Positions 28,851 through 39,415 of a stretch of 64,000 nucleotides of DNA are shown here, piece after piece. The position numbers and the translations under genes are program-made. The stretch is from an uncultured Prevotellaceae bacterium. Its GTDB lineage: Bacteria > Bacteroidota > Bacteroidia > Bacteroidales > Bacteroidaceae. The notes under the pieces were generated by a model. The model was given only the letters and a program-made list of their open reading frames with translations. It did not search any database and was not told the DNA's origin. The number at the start of each line of letters is the position of its first letter. The stretch's first letter is position 1. The stretch lies in assembly GCA_947168395.1 (NCBI GenBank), contig CAMVLT010000008.1, positions 44,246 to 108,245 on the forward strand, given 5' to 3'.

Positions 28851-30647
28851 TTATTTGCTATCGGCTGTGATACGGAAGATGAAGCCGCCTCGCGGCTGAC
28901 AAGTAACGGTGGCGGGGAGCTTTTTGATGGTCTCTATGCTCCAGGGCTGTTCCTTGTTGCCGCTGTCGGCAAACAGGGTAGCCTCGCGTACCTTTTTAAT
29001 AAAGGGGAGGGGCACGCTGAGGGTCTTTGTCTCGTCGGTGCCGTTGATGCCAGCCACGTACCAGGTGTTGCCGCTACGGCGGGCCAGTACACAGCTCTCG
29101 CCGGGATAGCCGCTGACGAAGCGGGTCTCGTCCCAGGCAGCAGGCAACAGCGAGAGGAAGTCCTGCACGTCCTGCGGCTGCGCGAGGAAGCTCTCTGGAC
29201 GGTCGGCCAAGTGCTGCAGACCGCTCTCGAAGAGCACCGTCAGGGCCAGCTCATGGGCATGCGAGGTGATATGGGGGTGCTGCGAGTCGCTGAAAGCGCA
29301 GGGCGTGTAGTCCATCGGACCTATGACGTTGCGGGTGAAGGGCAATGTAGCATTGTGCGAGGCGGCCGCTTTGGTGAACGTGGGCACGTTGTTGTACCAC
29401 TCGGCACCGTAGACGCCCTCCGTCGAGAGCAGGTTGGGATAGGTGCGCTGCCAGCCACGGGGTACGGTGGCACCGTGGAAGTTGACCAGCAGGTGATGTC
29501 GGGCGGCACTCTCCATCAGGTCGATGCAGAAGTCCATGTTCTTCTGGTTCTCACCGCTGAAGAAGTCAATCTTCACACCTGCCACGCCAATCCTCTCGCA
29601 CCAGGCAAACTCCTTCTCGCGGTCCTCGGGCTTGTTCAGACGGTATTTCGGTGTCGGAGCACCGTCCACCCAGCCTACCGACGAGTTGTACCATATCAGC
29701 GGCTTCACACCCTTCGACTTGGCATAGCTGACGGCATCCTCGATAGTCTTTCCATCTTTCATACGGTCCCATTCGGCGTCAATCAGCACGTAGGGCAGGT
29801 GCAACGTGGCGGCCAGGTCGCTGTATTTCTTGATGATGTTATAGTCGTCAGACCCGTGGTTGTAGGCCCAGTAAACCCACGACACCACGCCTGGATGAAT
29901 CCAGCCGGTATTCTCCAACTTGCAAGGCTCGCTGACATCGGTCACCAGTGTTGACTCCACTACGTCGCCCAACGTGCCGACGATGACCACGCGCCACGGT
30001 GAATGGCCCTTGTTCTCGCCCTCATCCTGCACCACACGGAAGAGTTCGCCGTCGTTATACAGGCTCGAAGCACTCTGCCCTTTCTCGATGTTAGCCTCGG
30101 TCAGCAGGGCGAACACGCCGTCATTAACCTCCAACAAGAGGGGGAAGCTCCAGCGAATGCAGTTGCCGTCGGTATCCTTCGACACCGCGCTGAACGACCG
30201 CTGCGCCTTCACTTTATACGTCGTCTGCAGGGGATAGAAGCCCTCGGCTCCGTCGGTCCACTGCATCATCCAGCGCTTCATGCCCTCGGGTATGACGTAG
30301 GCAGCCTGCTCCTTGACCGGCGACTCGTAGCGGTAGGCCAGTCCGTCGTTGTAGAGCCGCACGGTCATATCCCCTACCCTATATTCGTTAGCCTGGTTCG
30401 TGCAATGCAGCCGCTTGCCCGACAGCATGCGGTAGTCGGTCTTCAGACGCTGTGCCTTGATGCCCTTCAAGGGCAGGGCAGCTTGCGGCGCAGCAATATC
30501 GATGACATGCTGCTGACGATAGTTCAAGACGAAGCGTCCGTCCCGCTGTTCCAACGAAATCCTGCCGTTGGGCGAAACAAGCCGCTGGGCACCTGCCGTA
30601 AGACACAGCAAGCAGGCAACCGATAAGATAACAATTCGACTCTTCAT
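28851..30647 (-). CDS. GH97 glycoside hydrolase
   Basis: SPNG, YNDGLAYRY, SPWRVVIVG, LIDAEWD, GVKIDFF, VNFHGA..P.GWQRTYPN...EGVYGAE, PFTRNVIGPMDYTP. Confidence 0.92.
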   Translation of the reverse strand: MKSRIVILSVACLLCLTAGAQRLVSPNGRISLEQRDGRFVLNYRQQHVIDIAAPQAALPLKGIKAQRLKTDYRMLSGKRLHCTNQANEYRVGDMTVRLYNDGLAYRYESPVKEQAAYVIPEGMKRWMMQWTDGAEGFYPLQTTYKVKAQRSFSAVSKDTDGNCIRWSFPLLLEVNDGVFALLTEANIEKGQSASSLYNDGELFRVVQDEGENKGHSPWRVVIVGTLGDVVESTLVTDVSEPCKLENTGWIHPGVVSWVYWAYNHGSDDYNIIKKYSDLAATLHLPYVLIDAEWDRMKDGKTIEDAVSYAKSKGVKPLIWYNSSVGWVDGAPTPKYRLNKPEDREKEFAWCERIGVAGVKIDFFSGENQKNMDFCIDLMESAARHHLLVNFHGATVPRGWQRTYPNLLSTEGVYGAEWYNNVPTFTKAAASHNATLPFTRNVIGPMDYTPCAFSDSQHPHITSHAHELALTVLFESGLQHLADRPESFLAQPQDVQDFLSLLPAAWDETRFVSGYPGESCVLARRSGNTWYVAGINGTDETKTLSVPLPFIKKVREATLFADSGNKEQPWSIETIKKLPATVTCQPRGGFIFRITADSK

Positions 30648-30679
30648 GACTTTTCTTCTTACTATTTGTAGTTAATGAT

Positions 30680-33205
30680 TCAACGATGTGTCTTCACCAG
30701 TTTCTTGCCTCCGCTGATGACAATGCCCTTTGCGTTGCCGCTGACTTTTTGTCCCATGAGGTTGTAGATGACGGAGACCCCTGCTGACCTTTCCTGTTGC
30801 GGAGAGGAGATGAAGGTGGGACTCATGAGGGGCACGAAGTCGGCTGTGGTGGCGGGACGGGCATAGACGCCGAAGGGGAGCAGCGTGGTGTCGGCCGTCA
30901 GGCGGACGAGGCCCCACTGGCCGTCGCGCTGTCCCAACGTGTAGTCGCCACTATAGAGCTGCCGTTGGCAGTAGGTACCACGAAGCACGGCATCAAGGGG
31001 GCTGGTGGTGTAGGCTACTTCGCCGGAACCGGTGAAGGTCAGTTCGCCGTTACCCTCCACCAAGACAGGCGTATGAGCAGGGATGCTGCGCATCTGTACC
31101 AAGGTCAGGTCGTCGGCAAAGCTGTAGGCAACAGCGCCGTCGGGGATGACGGCTGAGAAGGGCAGCATGAGCAGACGGGCACCGCTGACGGGCAGTGTAA
31201 TGCTGGCTGCAGCGGCGGTGAACGGACGGGCGGGGCGGAAGTCGCCACCCTCTTCGCTGAGCGTCAGCAGGTTGCAAGCCTCGCCAGCCACAACGTTCGG
31301 AGTGCTGACGGAGATGCCGTCGGCCACGTATGCCACACGGTTGCCGGTAAGCCAGGGCAGACTGGCAGGCAGGTCGGTGACCGCCGTCATGTCGAGACTA
31401 ACGCACGCAGGGTCGGTGGTGAAGTCCATCACGTTGCTGTCGTCGGCCACAAAGGCACCGCTGAGGGTGGCCGAGTAGTCGTTGCTGAAATAGACGTCGC
31501 CGAAGGTGATGGTCAGGTGCGACTGTGAGTTGTCGCAGGTCAGCGACAGTAGTCCGATGCAGCCGTCGGTCAGGGTCTTCGGCGAGAGGTCGAAGACTAT
31601 GTCGAAGTTCTCGCCCTGGCTCAGGTCCAAGCGGTCGTACTCGTGGTTTTTCACGCTGCCTTGGGCATTCACATAATAGATTGTTGGTCTGCCTGCCGTC
31701 ATAGAGTTGGTTGAAGTCACTTTCCTGACGTGCATCACCAACTGCGAATAGCGGTCGTTCAGGGCCACATAGCCGTTGGTGACGTTTTTGCGCGAGGAGA
31801 TGAGCGGGTTGCTGCTGTCGAAGGTCTTCGACTTGTTCGACATCTTATAGGTAGTTCCGAAGTTGGTCTTTGTCGTTGCCATGTCGTCCAAGCGGTCGAA
31901 GCGGGTGGAAGTGCCCTTCATGTCGGAAGGCTGGCGGTCGCGACAGCGGATAGTGAGGACGGTGCTGACGCTTTGGGCGGGGATGGTGACGACGGGACGG
32001 CAGGTCTCCTCATCGGTCAACTGTGTCGTAGTGGAGAAATTCTTGGTCTTCGTCGTGGCAACAACGGAGGTGCCGGTGGTGTAGAACGGCAAGTCAACGG
32101 TCAGTTCCACGTCCTGGTCACTGGTATTGGCCATAACAACGACGGCGGTGTCGCCCGTCTGCGAGAGATAGGCCGAACCTTCAAGACCTCCGCCGAAGGT
32201 AGCACCGATGCGCGTCATGCCTGTAACGAACTTGGCAAACTGGGCCATCACATAGCCGCGCTTGGTGATGGTGCCGCTGCTGCCTGCTCCGCGCTGGCCG
32301 TCGCCCATCATGGCATAGTAGCGTTTGGCGGCATAGTGAATCCAAGCGTTGAAGTCGCCCAGCATGCAGGTGTTGATGGCACGGAAGAAGTTGAAGAAGT
32401 CTTTCGAGAAATCGTAGTTGCGCGTATTGCCCTCCACCTCGTTCCAGTTGATGAGGTACTCTGTCATCCATATTTCCTTACCCTTGGCCGCCAGGTTCTT
32501 GTAGGCCGACTGGATGCCGCCGTACTGGTGACCGCCATAGATGTCGAAGCAGTTGATGACATCGGCCTTGTTGAGGGCATTGACGTAGTTGTCGTTGACC
32601 GACAAGGTCTCGGGAGCCATAATCTTGCAACTGATGGTGCGGCCATAGGTCTTCACGAACGAGGCAATATCGGTCGCCGACCACATACAGCCAGCATACG
32701 TGGCCTGCCAGTCGGGCTCGTTCTGTATGGAGATGGCATCCAGTTCTACGCCGTTCTTCCTGAGATACTGCACGTAGTCCTCCAGATACTGGGCGTAGTC
32801 GGCCCAGTTCTCCTTCTTCAGATAGCCTAAGGTGCCGTCGCTGTTCTTGGCATTGCTGGTGCCGTTAGTCTTCCACTCGGCAGGCTGTCCCCACGGCGAT
32901 GCGAAGACGATGAGTCCCATCTGCTTGGCCAGTTTCGCCGTAGCCAACGACTGGCTCCATGCGCTCTTACCTATAGGAATATACAGGCGCATGATGTTGC
33001 ACCCCACGGTGCTCGACTCACCCCACACCTTCTTGATTTCGGCGTTCGTCATGTGGTTGTAGGTAAACTGGGGCGAGCAGACGAAGCCACCAAAACCCGT
33101 TATTTTCTGATGCTTGGTTTGCGCATCGAGTCTCACGGTGGCACGCTGTGCCATGACACAAGCCGACATCGTCAGGAGTGCGGCTATGAACAGTATCTTC
33201 TTCAT
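30680..33205 (-). CDS. GH30 glucuronoxylanase-like enzyme with C-terminal extension and T9SS-like CTD
   Basis: Start at 33205 (MKKILFIAALL); QKITGFGG, FASPW..PAEWKTN, ISIQNEPD, WMTEY. The C-terminus IYNLMGQKV...GIVISGGKKLV resembles a T9SS signal. Confidence 0.87.
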   Translation of the reverse strand: MKKILFIAALLTMSACVMAQRATVRLDAQTKHQKITGFGGFVCSPQFTYNHMTNAEIKKVWGESSTVGCNIMRLYIPIGKSAWSQSLATAKLAKQMGLIVFASPWGQPAEWKTNGTSNAKNSDGTLGYLKKENWADYAQYLEDYVQYLRKNGVELDAISIQNEPDWQATYAGCMWSATDIASFVKTYGRTISCKIMAPETLSVNDNYVNALNKADVINCFDIYGGHQYGGIQSAYKNLAAKGKEIWMTEYLINWNEVEGNTRNYDFSKDFFNFFRAINTCMLGDFNAWIHYAAKRYYAMMGDGQRGAGSSGTITKRGYVMAQFAKFVTGMTRIGATFGGGLEGSAYLSQTGDTAVVVMANTSDQDVELTVDLPFYTTGTSVVATTKTKNFSTTTQLTDEETCRPVVTIPAQSVSTVLTIRCRDRQPSDMKGTSTRFDRLDDMATTKTNFGTTYKMSNKSKTFDSSNPLISSRKNVTNGYVALNDRYSQLVMHVRKVTSTNSMTAGRPTIYYVNAQGSVKNHEYDRLDLSQGENFDIVFDLSPKTLTDGCIGLLSLTCDNSQSHLTITFGDVYFSNDYSATLSGAFVADDSNVMDFTTDPACVSLDMTAVTDLPASLPWLTGNRVAYVADGISVSTPNVVAGEACNLLTLSEEGGDFRPARPFTAAAASITLPVSGARLLMLPFSAVIPDGAVAYSFADDLTLVQMRSIPAHTPVLVEGNGELTFTGSGEVAYTTSPLDAVLRGTYCQRQLYSGDYTLGQRDGQWGLVRLTADTTLLPFGVYARPATTADFVPLMSPTFISSPQQERSAGVSVIYNLMGQKVSGNAKGIVISGGKKLVKTHR

Positions 33206-33222
33206 ACTTATAGTTTTGGATG

Positions 33223-33418
33223 CAAAGGTACGAAAATAAGTGTAAAGCGTAAAGTGAAAAGTGAAAAATTTGCTGCCGCCACGAAAAATTATCACATACA
33301 GTTACGGTAGATCTCCAGTTTACCCTACCTAAACCAGCTTTGAATGTTAGGTCTATGTTGCCTCTTTGAACTTTTTGGAGAGAAAGTGGAGGTATGTCAG
33401 AAAAAAGATGTAACTTTG
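33223..33418. promoter_or_regulatory. Divergent GH30/GH43 promoter region containing a heptamer run, a half REP and a block-B repeat
   Basis: -7 boxes at 33223-33230 (minus) and 33411-33418 (plus); AAAGTGAAAAGTGAAAAATTTGCTGCCGCC; TTACGGTAGATCTCCAGTTTACCCTACCTAAACC. Confidence 0.65.
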
Positions 33419-33445
33419 CACCCAGAAACCCAAAACCGACTAACC

Positions 33446-35134
33446 ATGTATAAGAAACTATCCCTGACAATGGCCATTGCGGCAATGAGCTTGCAGCTGC
33501 ATGCACAGACACTGGCGAAGAATTATAAGGACGTGAGCAATGGGAATCCCATCAGCCCTTGCGTATTCTGTGCCGACCCCACGGCGCTTGACTACAAGGG
33601 ACGGCTGTACGTTTACGGCACGAACGACCACCAGCAGTATATACATAACGGCAGGAAGGGCAGTAACGGCTACGGCAACATCAAGTCGCTGGTAGTGTTC
33701 TCGACCACCGACATGGTGAACTGGACATTCCACGGCACCATCGACGTGGGCAAGGTGTGCGGTTCGTGGTGTGGCCAGTCGTGGGCACCCTCTGCGACCT
33801 GGCGTGAGACGGCCGACGGCAAGGAAGAATTCTTCATCTACTTCGCCAACGGCGGTGGCAGCGTAGGTGTCATCAAGGGCAGCACGCCCATAGGACCGTT
33901 CAAGTCGCCCAACAGCCAGGCGATGATTCGTCACGGCATGGCAGGTGTCGACCCCTGCAACTGGGTATTTGACCCTGGCGTGGTCATCGACGAGCAGGGT
34001 ACGGGATGGATTGCCTTCGGCGGCGGCGACCCACAGTCGACAGGTTCGAACCTGATGCCTGGCAACTCGCGTATCGCCAAGCTAAAACCCTCGATGACGG
34101 CCATCGACGGCAAGGCTGTGAATCTGCCTGCCCCCTATCTGTTTGAGGCCAGCGAACTGAATATCATGAACGGGCGCTTCGTCTATACCTATAACACCAG
34201 CTGGTCGGACCGCAACCAGTGGTCGAGCTACGCCAAGCGCAACGGGCAGGCTGCCCCCTCGTCGTGCAGCATGTGCTATATGGTCACCGACACGCCGCTG
34301 GACCCCGATTCCTGGGAGTACCGTGGGGAATACGTACCCAATGAGGGCAACTTCGGCATGGGCTGGGGTAACAACCACACACATCTGCACAAGTTTGAGG
34401 GCAATTACTACCTCTTTTATCATTCCACCCTGCTGGAATCGAGCATGAACACGGGGGCATCGGGTTTCCGTTCCATAGGGGTAAACAAGGCCACGGTGAA
34501 CGAAACAACCCAGAAAATCAACAAGATGACGCTGAACAAAACAGGAGTCACCGCTATCCGCAACCTGAACCCCTACGAACTGCAGGAGGCTGAGACCATG
34601 TCGACCTCCGGAGGTGTCGGCTACGAGGACTTCAGTAATATTGTACGCGTACCTTCTATCAATACGCTGGGCAACGATGCCTCCAAGAACCTGCAGGTGA
34701 AGATGGCCACCGGCTCGTGGACGCAGGTGCGCAAAGTGGACTTCGGCACCACGGGAGCCGCCACCTTCATGCTTCGCGCCAAGGGCAAAGGAACGATGGA
34801 GATACGCTTAGACAGCAAGACAGCCAAAGCCGCCGCTGTCCTCGAATTCTCGTCATCTGCCTTCGATGATTTCACGGTTGAACTGGATGCTTCAAAGTTC
34901 AAGAACGTTCACACGGTCTACTTTGTCTTCACCGAAGCCACCAACGCCTACTTTGATGCCTGGCAATTCACTGAGGTACTGCCTGATGGCATCGATGACG
35001 TTCAACGCTCAACACTCAACGTTCAACGTTCAACGGGTGCCTACGACCTGTCAGGACGCCGTCTGAAGAATACCAACGGACGGCGTGGGCTGATGATTGT
35101 TGACGGAAAGGTGGTTCAGTTGCCCTCCCGATAG
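33446..35134 (+). CDS. GH43 arabinoxylan arabinofuranohydrolase-like enzyme with CBM6 and T9SS-like CTD
   Basis: FCADPTA, LYVYGTND, SWAPS, FDPGVVID, LFEASE, NNH, EAET, VDFG. C-terminus YDLSGRRL...GLMIVDGK. Confidence 0.88.
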   Translation: MYKKLSLTMAIAAMSLQLHAQTLAKNYKDVSNGNPISPCVFCADPTALDYKGRLYVYGTNDHQQYIHNGRKGSNGYGNIKSLVVFSTTDMVNWTFHGTIDVGKVCGSWCGQSWAPSATWRETADGKEEFFIYFANGGGSVGVIKGSTPIGPFKSPNSQAMIRHGMAGVDPCNWVFDPGVVIDEQGTGWIAFGGGDPQSTGSNLMPGNSRIAKLKPSMTAIDGKAVNLPAPYLFEASELNIMNGRFVYTYNTSWSDRNQWSSYAKRNGQAAPSSCSMCYMVTDTPLDPDSWEYRGEYVPNEGNFGMGWGNNHTHLHKFEGNYYLFYHSTLLESSMNTGASGFRSIGVNKATVNETTQKINKMTLNKTGVTAIRNLNPYELQEAETMSTSGGVGYEDFSNIVRVPSINTLGNDASKNLQVKMATGSWTQVRKVDFGTTGAATFMLRAKGKGTMEIRLDSKTAKAAAVLEFSSSAFDDFTVELDASKFKNVHTVYFVFTEATNAYFDAWQFTEVLPDGIDDVQRSTLNVQRSTGAYDLSGRRLKNTNGRRGLMIVDGKVVQLPSR

Positions 35135-36171
35135 AAATCAAGGGATTCGCAGATTTCTTCCTTGGTGGCAGTCTGGTTGATGCGAATGTCACCGACTCCG
35201 CCTAACAAGGTGAAGTTGATGGTATCGCCCACGTTCTTCTTGTCGTGGGTCATCAGTTCCAGCAGCGCGGGATAGTCGTCACAAGTAATGGGCAGCTTGC
35301 CATAGTTCTCGTTGACGAAGCGCACCACTTGCCGCATTTTATCCACGGGAAAACCGGTCTTCACGCAACTGAGGTATAGCTCGCAGACGAGACCATAGGC
35401 CACGGCATAGCCGTGAAGGATGGGCCTCATGGACTTCATAGCAAAGGACTCGAAAGCATGGCCAATGGTGTGGCCAAGATTCAGGGCTTTGCGGATGCCT
35501 TGTTCGGTGGGGTCTTCATCTACAATACGCTCTTTCACCTGTACAGAGTCTGCCAACATGCGACTGAGCTGGTAGTAGTCGATGACATCGAGGTCGAAAT
35601 TCAGCAGTTCGGCCAGCATCTCCTCGTTGGCAATCAGTCCGTGCTTCAGCATTTCGGCATAACCGGAGCAGATGTTCTCGTGGTCCATCGTCTTGAGGAA
35701 AGTTGTATCGAGTATAACGCTCTTGGCACAGCTGAACACACCGATTTCGTTTTTTAGTCCTCCGAAGTTGATACCCGTCTTTCCGCCCACCGAGGCATCG
35801 ACCATTGCCAACAGCGTTGTGGGAATGTTGATGTAGTTCAGCCCGCGCTTGAAGGTAGAGGCAGCAAATCCGCCAAGGTCGGTCACCATGCCGCCACCCA
35901 GATTGATCATCAGCGAGTGGCGGGTGGCTCCTCCCCGTTGCAGTTCTGTCCACACGTGGCTGAGCGAATCGAGCGTCTTATTCTGGTCGGTGGCACCAAT
36001 AGTGATAATCTGCGCGTCACGGACACAATCGAAGCCTGCTACCAGTGGCAGGCAAAGCTGTTCCGTCGTTTCGTCTACTAATATAAAGGTACGGTCGCGC
36101 TCACATTCACCGACCGCCGTAGCTACTGAATTCTCCAGTTTAGTTGATATGATAACCTTCTGCTTTTCCAT
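35116..36171 (-). CDS. aroB: 3-dehydroquinate synthase
   Basis: NLGGGMVTDLGGFAASTFKRG, PTTLLAMVDASVGGKTGIN, LNLGHTIGHAFE, HDKKN. Confidence 0.96.
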   Translation of the reverse strand: MEKQKVIISTKLENSVATAVGECERDRTFILVDETTEQLCLPLVAGFDCVRDAQIITIGATDQNKTLDSLSHVWTELQRGGATRHSLMINLGGGMVTDLGGFAASTFKRGLNYINIPTTLLAMVDASVGGKTGINFGGLKNEIGVFSCAKSVILDTTFLKTMDHENICSGYAEMLKHGLIANEEMLAELLNFDLDVIDYYQLSRMLADSVQVKERIVDEDPTEQGIRKALNLGHTIGHAFESFAMKSMRPILHGYAVAYGLVCELYLSCVKTGFPVDKMRQVVRFVNENYGKLPITCDDYPALLELMTHDKKNVGDTINFTLLGGVGDIRINQTATKEEICESLDFYREGN

Positions 36172-36269
36172 TTCGGGCGACAAAATTAAAAAAAATTCTC
36201 GAAAAACGTATCACAAATTAAACTTTTCTTCTTCATCAACGTCAGAATGTAGTAAATAAAAACACTTTT

Positions 36270-39200
36270 ATGAAACGATTTCTACTTTTATTGGTCGTCA
36301 TTGCAACGACAACTTCTGCAGCGCTGGCACAACGCACTATCAGCGGAAAGGTTATTGAACAAGACTCAGAAGAGGCCGTTATTCAGGCTACAGTCGCTCT
36401 GCTGAAGACCGACTCCTCTCTGGTAGCCAATGCCGTAACCAACATGAACGGTCAGTTCCAGCTGACTGCTCCGAGAGACGCCAACTACATTCTGCGTATC
36501 ACCTATGTAGGCTTCAAGACCTACACGAAAGCCATCACCGTAGCCAACGGCAAGGGTGTCAGCATGGGGACCATCACAATGGCTCCTGATGCCATCATGC
36601 TGAAGGGCACCACCGTGACGGCCCACGTGGCAAAGGTTCAGTCGAAAGGTGACACCTTAATATATAATGCAGACGCCTACCGTACCCCAGAGGGCTCGGT
36701 GGTCGAGGAACTGGTGAAACGACTGCCTGGTGCCGAGGTCGACGACAACGGCAACATCACGATTAACGGCAAGCAGGTGACGAAGATCAAGGTCGACAAA
36801 AAGGAGTTCGGCGACGTTCAGACTGCTCTGAAGAACCTGCCCACCAGCATCATCGAACGCATCCGTGCCTATGACGAGAAGAGCGACATGGCCCGCATTA
36901 CGGGTATCGACGATGGCAACGAGCAGACGGTGCTCGACTTCGGACTGCGTGCCGGCATGAACCGCGGCACAATGGCTAACGCCGACTTGGCCGCAGGTAC
37001 TGAGAAGCGCTATGCAGGCCGCCTGTTCGGCATGATGATGCGCGGCGACCACCGACTGATGGGTATGCTCAACGCCAACAACACCAACGACCAGGGATTC
37101 GGCGGCGGTGGCGGTCGTGGCTTCGGCGGTGGCCGTGGCATGGGCGGCAACGGACTGAACGCTGCCAAGTCGGGTATGCTGAACTACAACTACGAGAAGA
37201 CTGACCTGCTCATTGCCCAGGCCAGCGTCATGTGGAACCATCGCGACGGTGATACCTGGTCGCGCCGCTCCGTCCAGAACTTCGTAGGCGGACAGACCAA
37301 GTCGTTCCAGAACTCTGTCAACCAAAGCTACTCACGCTCCAACAGCTGGAGCTTCAACGGACGCCTCGAGTGGACACCCGACACGCTGTGGAACATCAGC
37401 TTCCGGCCCAATCTGACATACTCGACCAACGACGGAACGAGCAACAACCTATCGGCCTCGTTCAACAACGACCCTTATAGCATATTAGACACCCAGATTG
37501 GCGCTGCCGTGTTACAGGAGATTATCAGTAAGAAGGGCGGCTACGGGCTCGACTCTATCCTCGTCAATACAGGCAGCAATCGCTCACTCACCTACGGCGA
37601 GAACAAACGGTTGGGGGGTACGTTGATGATCAACCGCCTGCTCAACAACCGCGGGCGTAACATCACCCTGCAGTTGACGGGTAACTATAGCGACAACGAG
37701 AACCAACAGATGTCAAGCAACTATACGAATCTATTTAAGGATAAGCAAAACTTCAATGGCCATACCGGTCTTACGAACTATCAGACCAACCGTTACAACC
37801 TGTCACCGACCACAACGTATGACTACAGCGCACGTGCCACGTATAGCGAACCTATCGCATACGCCACGTTCCTGCAGTTCAGCTATACTTTCCAGTATCG
37901 CTATAATGAGAGCGACCGTCAGACGTTTGACTATTCACAGCCTCTGCCCTATGCCTTGGATCCTGATCCTACGCATGGTTTCTTACTGAATGACATCTAT
38001 CCCACTTATCGCAACTGGACAGAGTATTTCGATAGAATCAGTCTTGGCTACAGCCCGCAGAAGGACGACCGATACTACACGAAAGACCAGAGCCGCTACT
38101 CAGCTTACAAGAACTTCATCCACACAGGTGAAATCATGCTGCGTTTCATCCGCAACACCTACGACTTCAACGTCGGTGTGCAGATCATCCCGCAGAGTTC
38201 AGAATACACCCAGCGTTACTTGGGTGTTGACACAGTTGTCAACCGTACAGTCACCAACTGGAGCCCGACGGCCAACTTCCGCTGGCGCTTCAACCAACAA
38301 GGCCAGTTGCGCTTCGAGTATCGTGGTAGCACCAGCCAGCCTTCTATCGAACAATTACTTGATATCAACGACGATACCAACCCCATGAACAAGACAAGAG
38401 GTAACCCCAACCTGAAGCCTTCGTTCACACAGTCAATCAACCTGCGCTTCAACAACTACATCATGAACCACCAGCGCTTTATCAACGCCAACGCCAATTT
38501 CTCGACGACGTCGAACAGCATTGCCAACATGGTGAAATACGATGCTAATACTGGCGCACGTGAGACGCGCCCCGAAAACATCAACGGCAACTGGAATGCT
38601 GGCGGTAACATCATGTGGAGTTCGGCCATCGACTCACTGGGATACTTTAGCTACAACGTGTCGGTGAACGACAACTACAACCACCGCATCAGCTACCTTT
38701 TCCAAAACAACGAAAACGTACGCAACGTTACCAATACCAACAACTTCGGCGGACGCCTTGGCGCCAGTTACCGCAACGACTGGCTCGAAGTAGAGCTCAA
38801 CGGTTCGGCAAACTACCAGCGCACGCGCAACGAACTGCAGCCGCAGTCAGACCTCGACACCTGGAGCTTCGCCTACGGATTCAACACCACGCTGACACTG
38901 CCTTGGGGTACGCAGATTGCCACCGACATGGGCATGAACAGCCGTCGTGGCTTCAACGATGCATCGATGAACACCAATGAACTGATATGGAACGCACAGA
39001 TTGCACACAGCTTCCTGAAGGGCAAGCCGCTGACGCTCTCGCTCCAGTTGTTCGACATTCTGCACCAGCAGTCCACTTTCTCACGCACCATCAACGACAT
39101 GGCCCGTACCGATAATGAGTACAACGCCATTACAAGTTACGCCATGCTGCACCTTATCTACCGTGTCAACCTGTTCGGTACCCGTGAGGCCCGTCGTGGC

Positions 39201-39356
39201 ATGGGCGGCTTCGGTGGTTTTGGCGGCGGTGGTTTTGGCGGCGGTGGCAACCGTGGCGGCAACCGCGGTGGAAATCGTGGCGGTGGCTTCGGCGGAGGCG
39301 GCTTTGGCGGTGGTTTCGGCGGAGGCGGCGGTTTCGGCGGTGGACGTCGTATGTAA
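36270..39356 (+). CDS. Outer-membrane beta-barrel/TonB-dependent-receptor-like protein
   Basis: CarboxypepD_reg-like N-terminus; KGDTLIYNADAY, LVKRLPG.EV, GNPNLKPSF; glycine-rich C-terminal tail. Confidence 0.8.
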   Translation: MKRFLLLLVVIATTTSAALAQRTISGKVIEQDSEEAVIQATVALLKTDSSLVANAVTNMNGQFQLTAPRDANYILRITYVGFKTYTKAITVANGKGVSMGTITMAPDAIMLKGTTVTAHVAKVQSKGDTLIYNADAYRTPEGSVVEELVKRLPGAEVDDNGNITINGKQVTKIKVDKKEFGDVQTALKNLPTSIIERIRAYDEKSDMARITGIDDGNEQTVLDFGLRAGMNRGTMANADLAAGTEKRYAGRLFGMMMRGDHRLMGMLNANNTNDQGFGGGGGRGFGGGRGMGGNGLNAAKSGMLNYNYEKTDLLIAQASVMWNHRDGDTWSRRSVQNFVGGQTKSFQNSVNQSYSRSNSWSFNGRLEWTPDTLWNISFRPNLTYSTNDGTSNNLSASFNNDPYSILDTQIGAAVLQEIISKKGGYGLDSILVNTGSNRSLTYGENKRLGGTLMINRLLNNRGRNITLQLTGNYSDNENQQMSSNYTNLFKDKQNFNGHTGLTNYQTNRYNLSPTTTYDYSARATYSEPIAYATFLQFSYTFQYRYNESDRQTFDYSQPLPYALDPDPTHGFLLNDIYPTYRNWTEYFDRISLGYSPQKDDRYYTKDQSRYSAYKNFIHTGEIMLRFIRNTYDFNVGVQIIPQSSEYTQRYLGVDTVVNRTVTNWSPTANFRWRFNQQGQLRFEYRGSTSQPSIEQLLDINDDTNPMNKTRGNPNLKPSFTQSINLRFNNYIMNHQRFINANANFSTTSNSIANMVKYDANTGARETRPENINGNWNAGGNIMWSSAIDSLGYFSYNVSVNDNYNHRISYLFQNNENVRNVTNTNNFGGRLGASYRNDWLEVELNGSANYQRTRNELQPQSDLDTWSFAYGFNTTLTLPWGTQIATDMGMNSRRGFNDASMNTNELIWNAQIAHSFLKGKPLTLSLQLFDILHQQSTFSRTINDMARTDNEYNAITSYAMLHLIYRVNLFGTREARRGMGGFGGFGGGGFGGGGNRGGNRGGNRGGGFGGGGFGGGFGGGGGFGGGRRM

Positions 39357-39358
39357 GC

Positions 39359-39398
39359 AAAAAAAGAGGTTTCGGATGGTTCCGAAACCTTTTTTCTT
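39359..39398. terminator. Bidirectional terminator between convergent genes
   Basis: AAAAAGAGGTTTCGGA-tggt-TCCGAAACCTTTTTT. Confidence 0.8.
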
Positions 39399-39415
39399 TT
39401 GTCTTTTTCTTTTCT

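Noticed and set aside
35116-35134. 19-nt convergent overlap of GH43 and aroB
   Set aside because: Short tail-to-tail overlaps are common; nothing suggests a special function.
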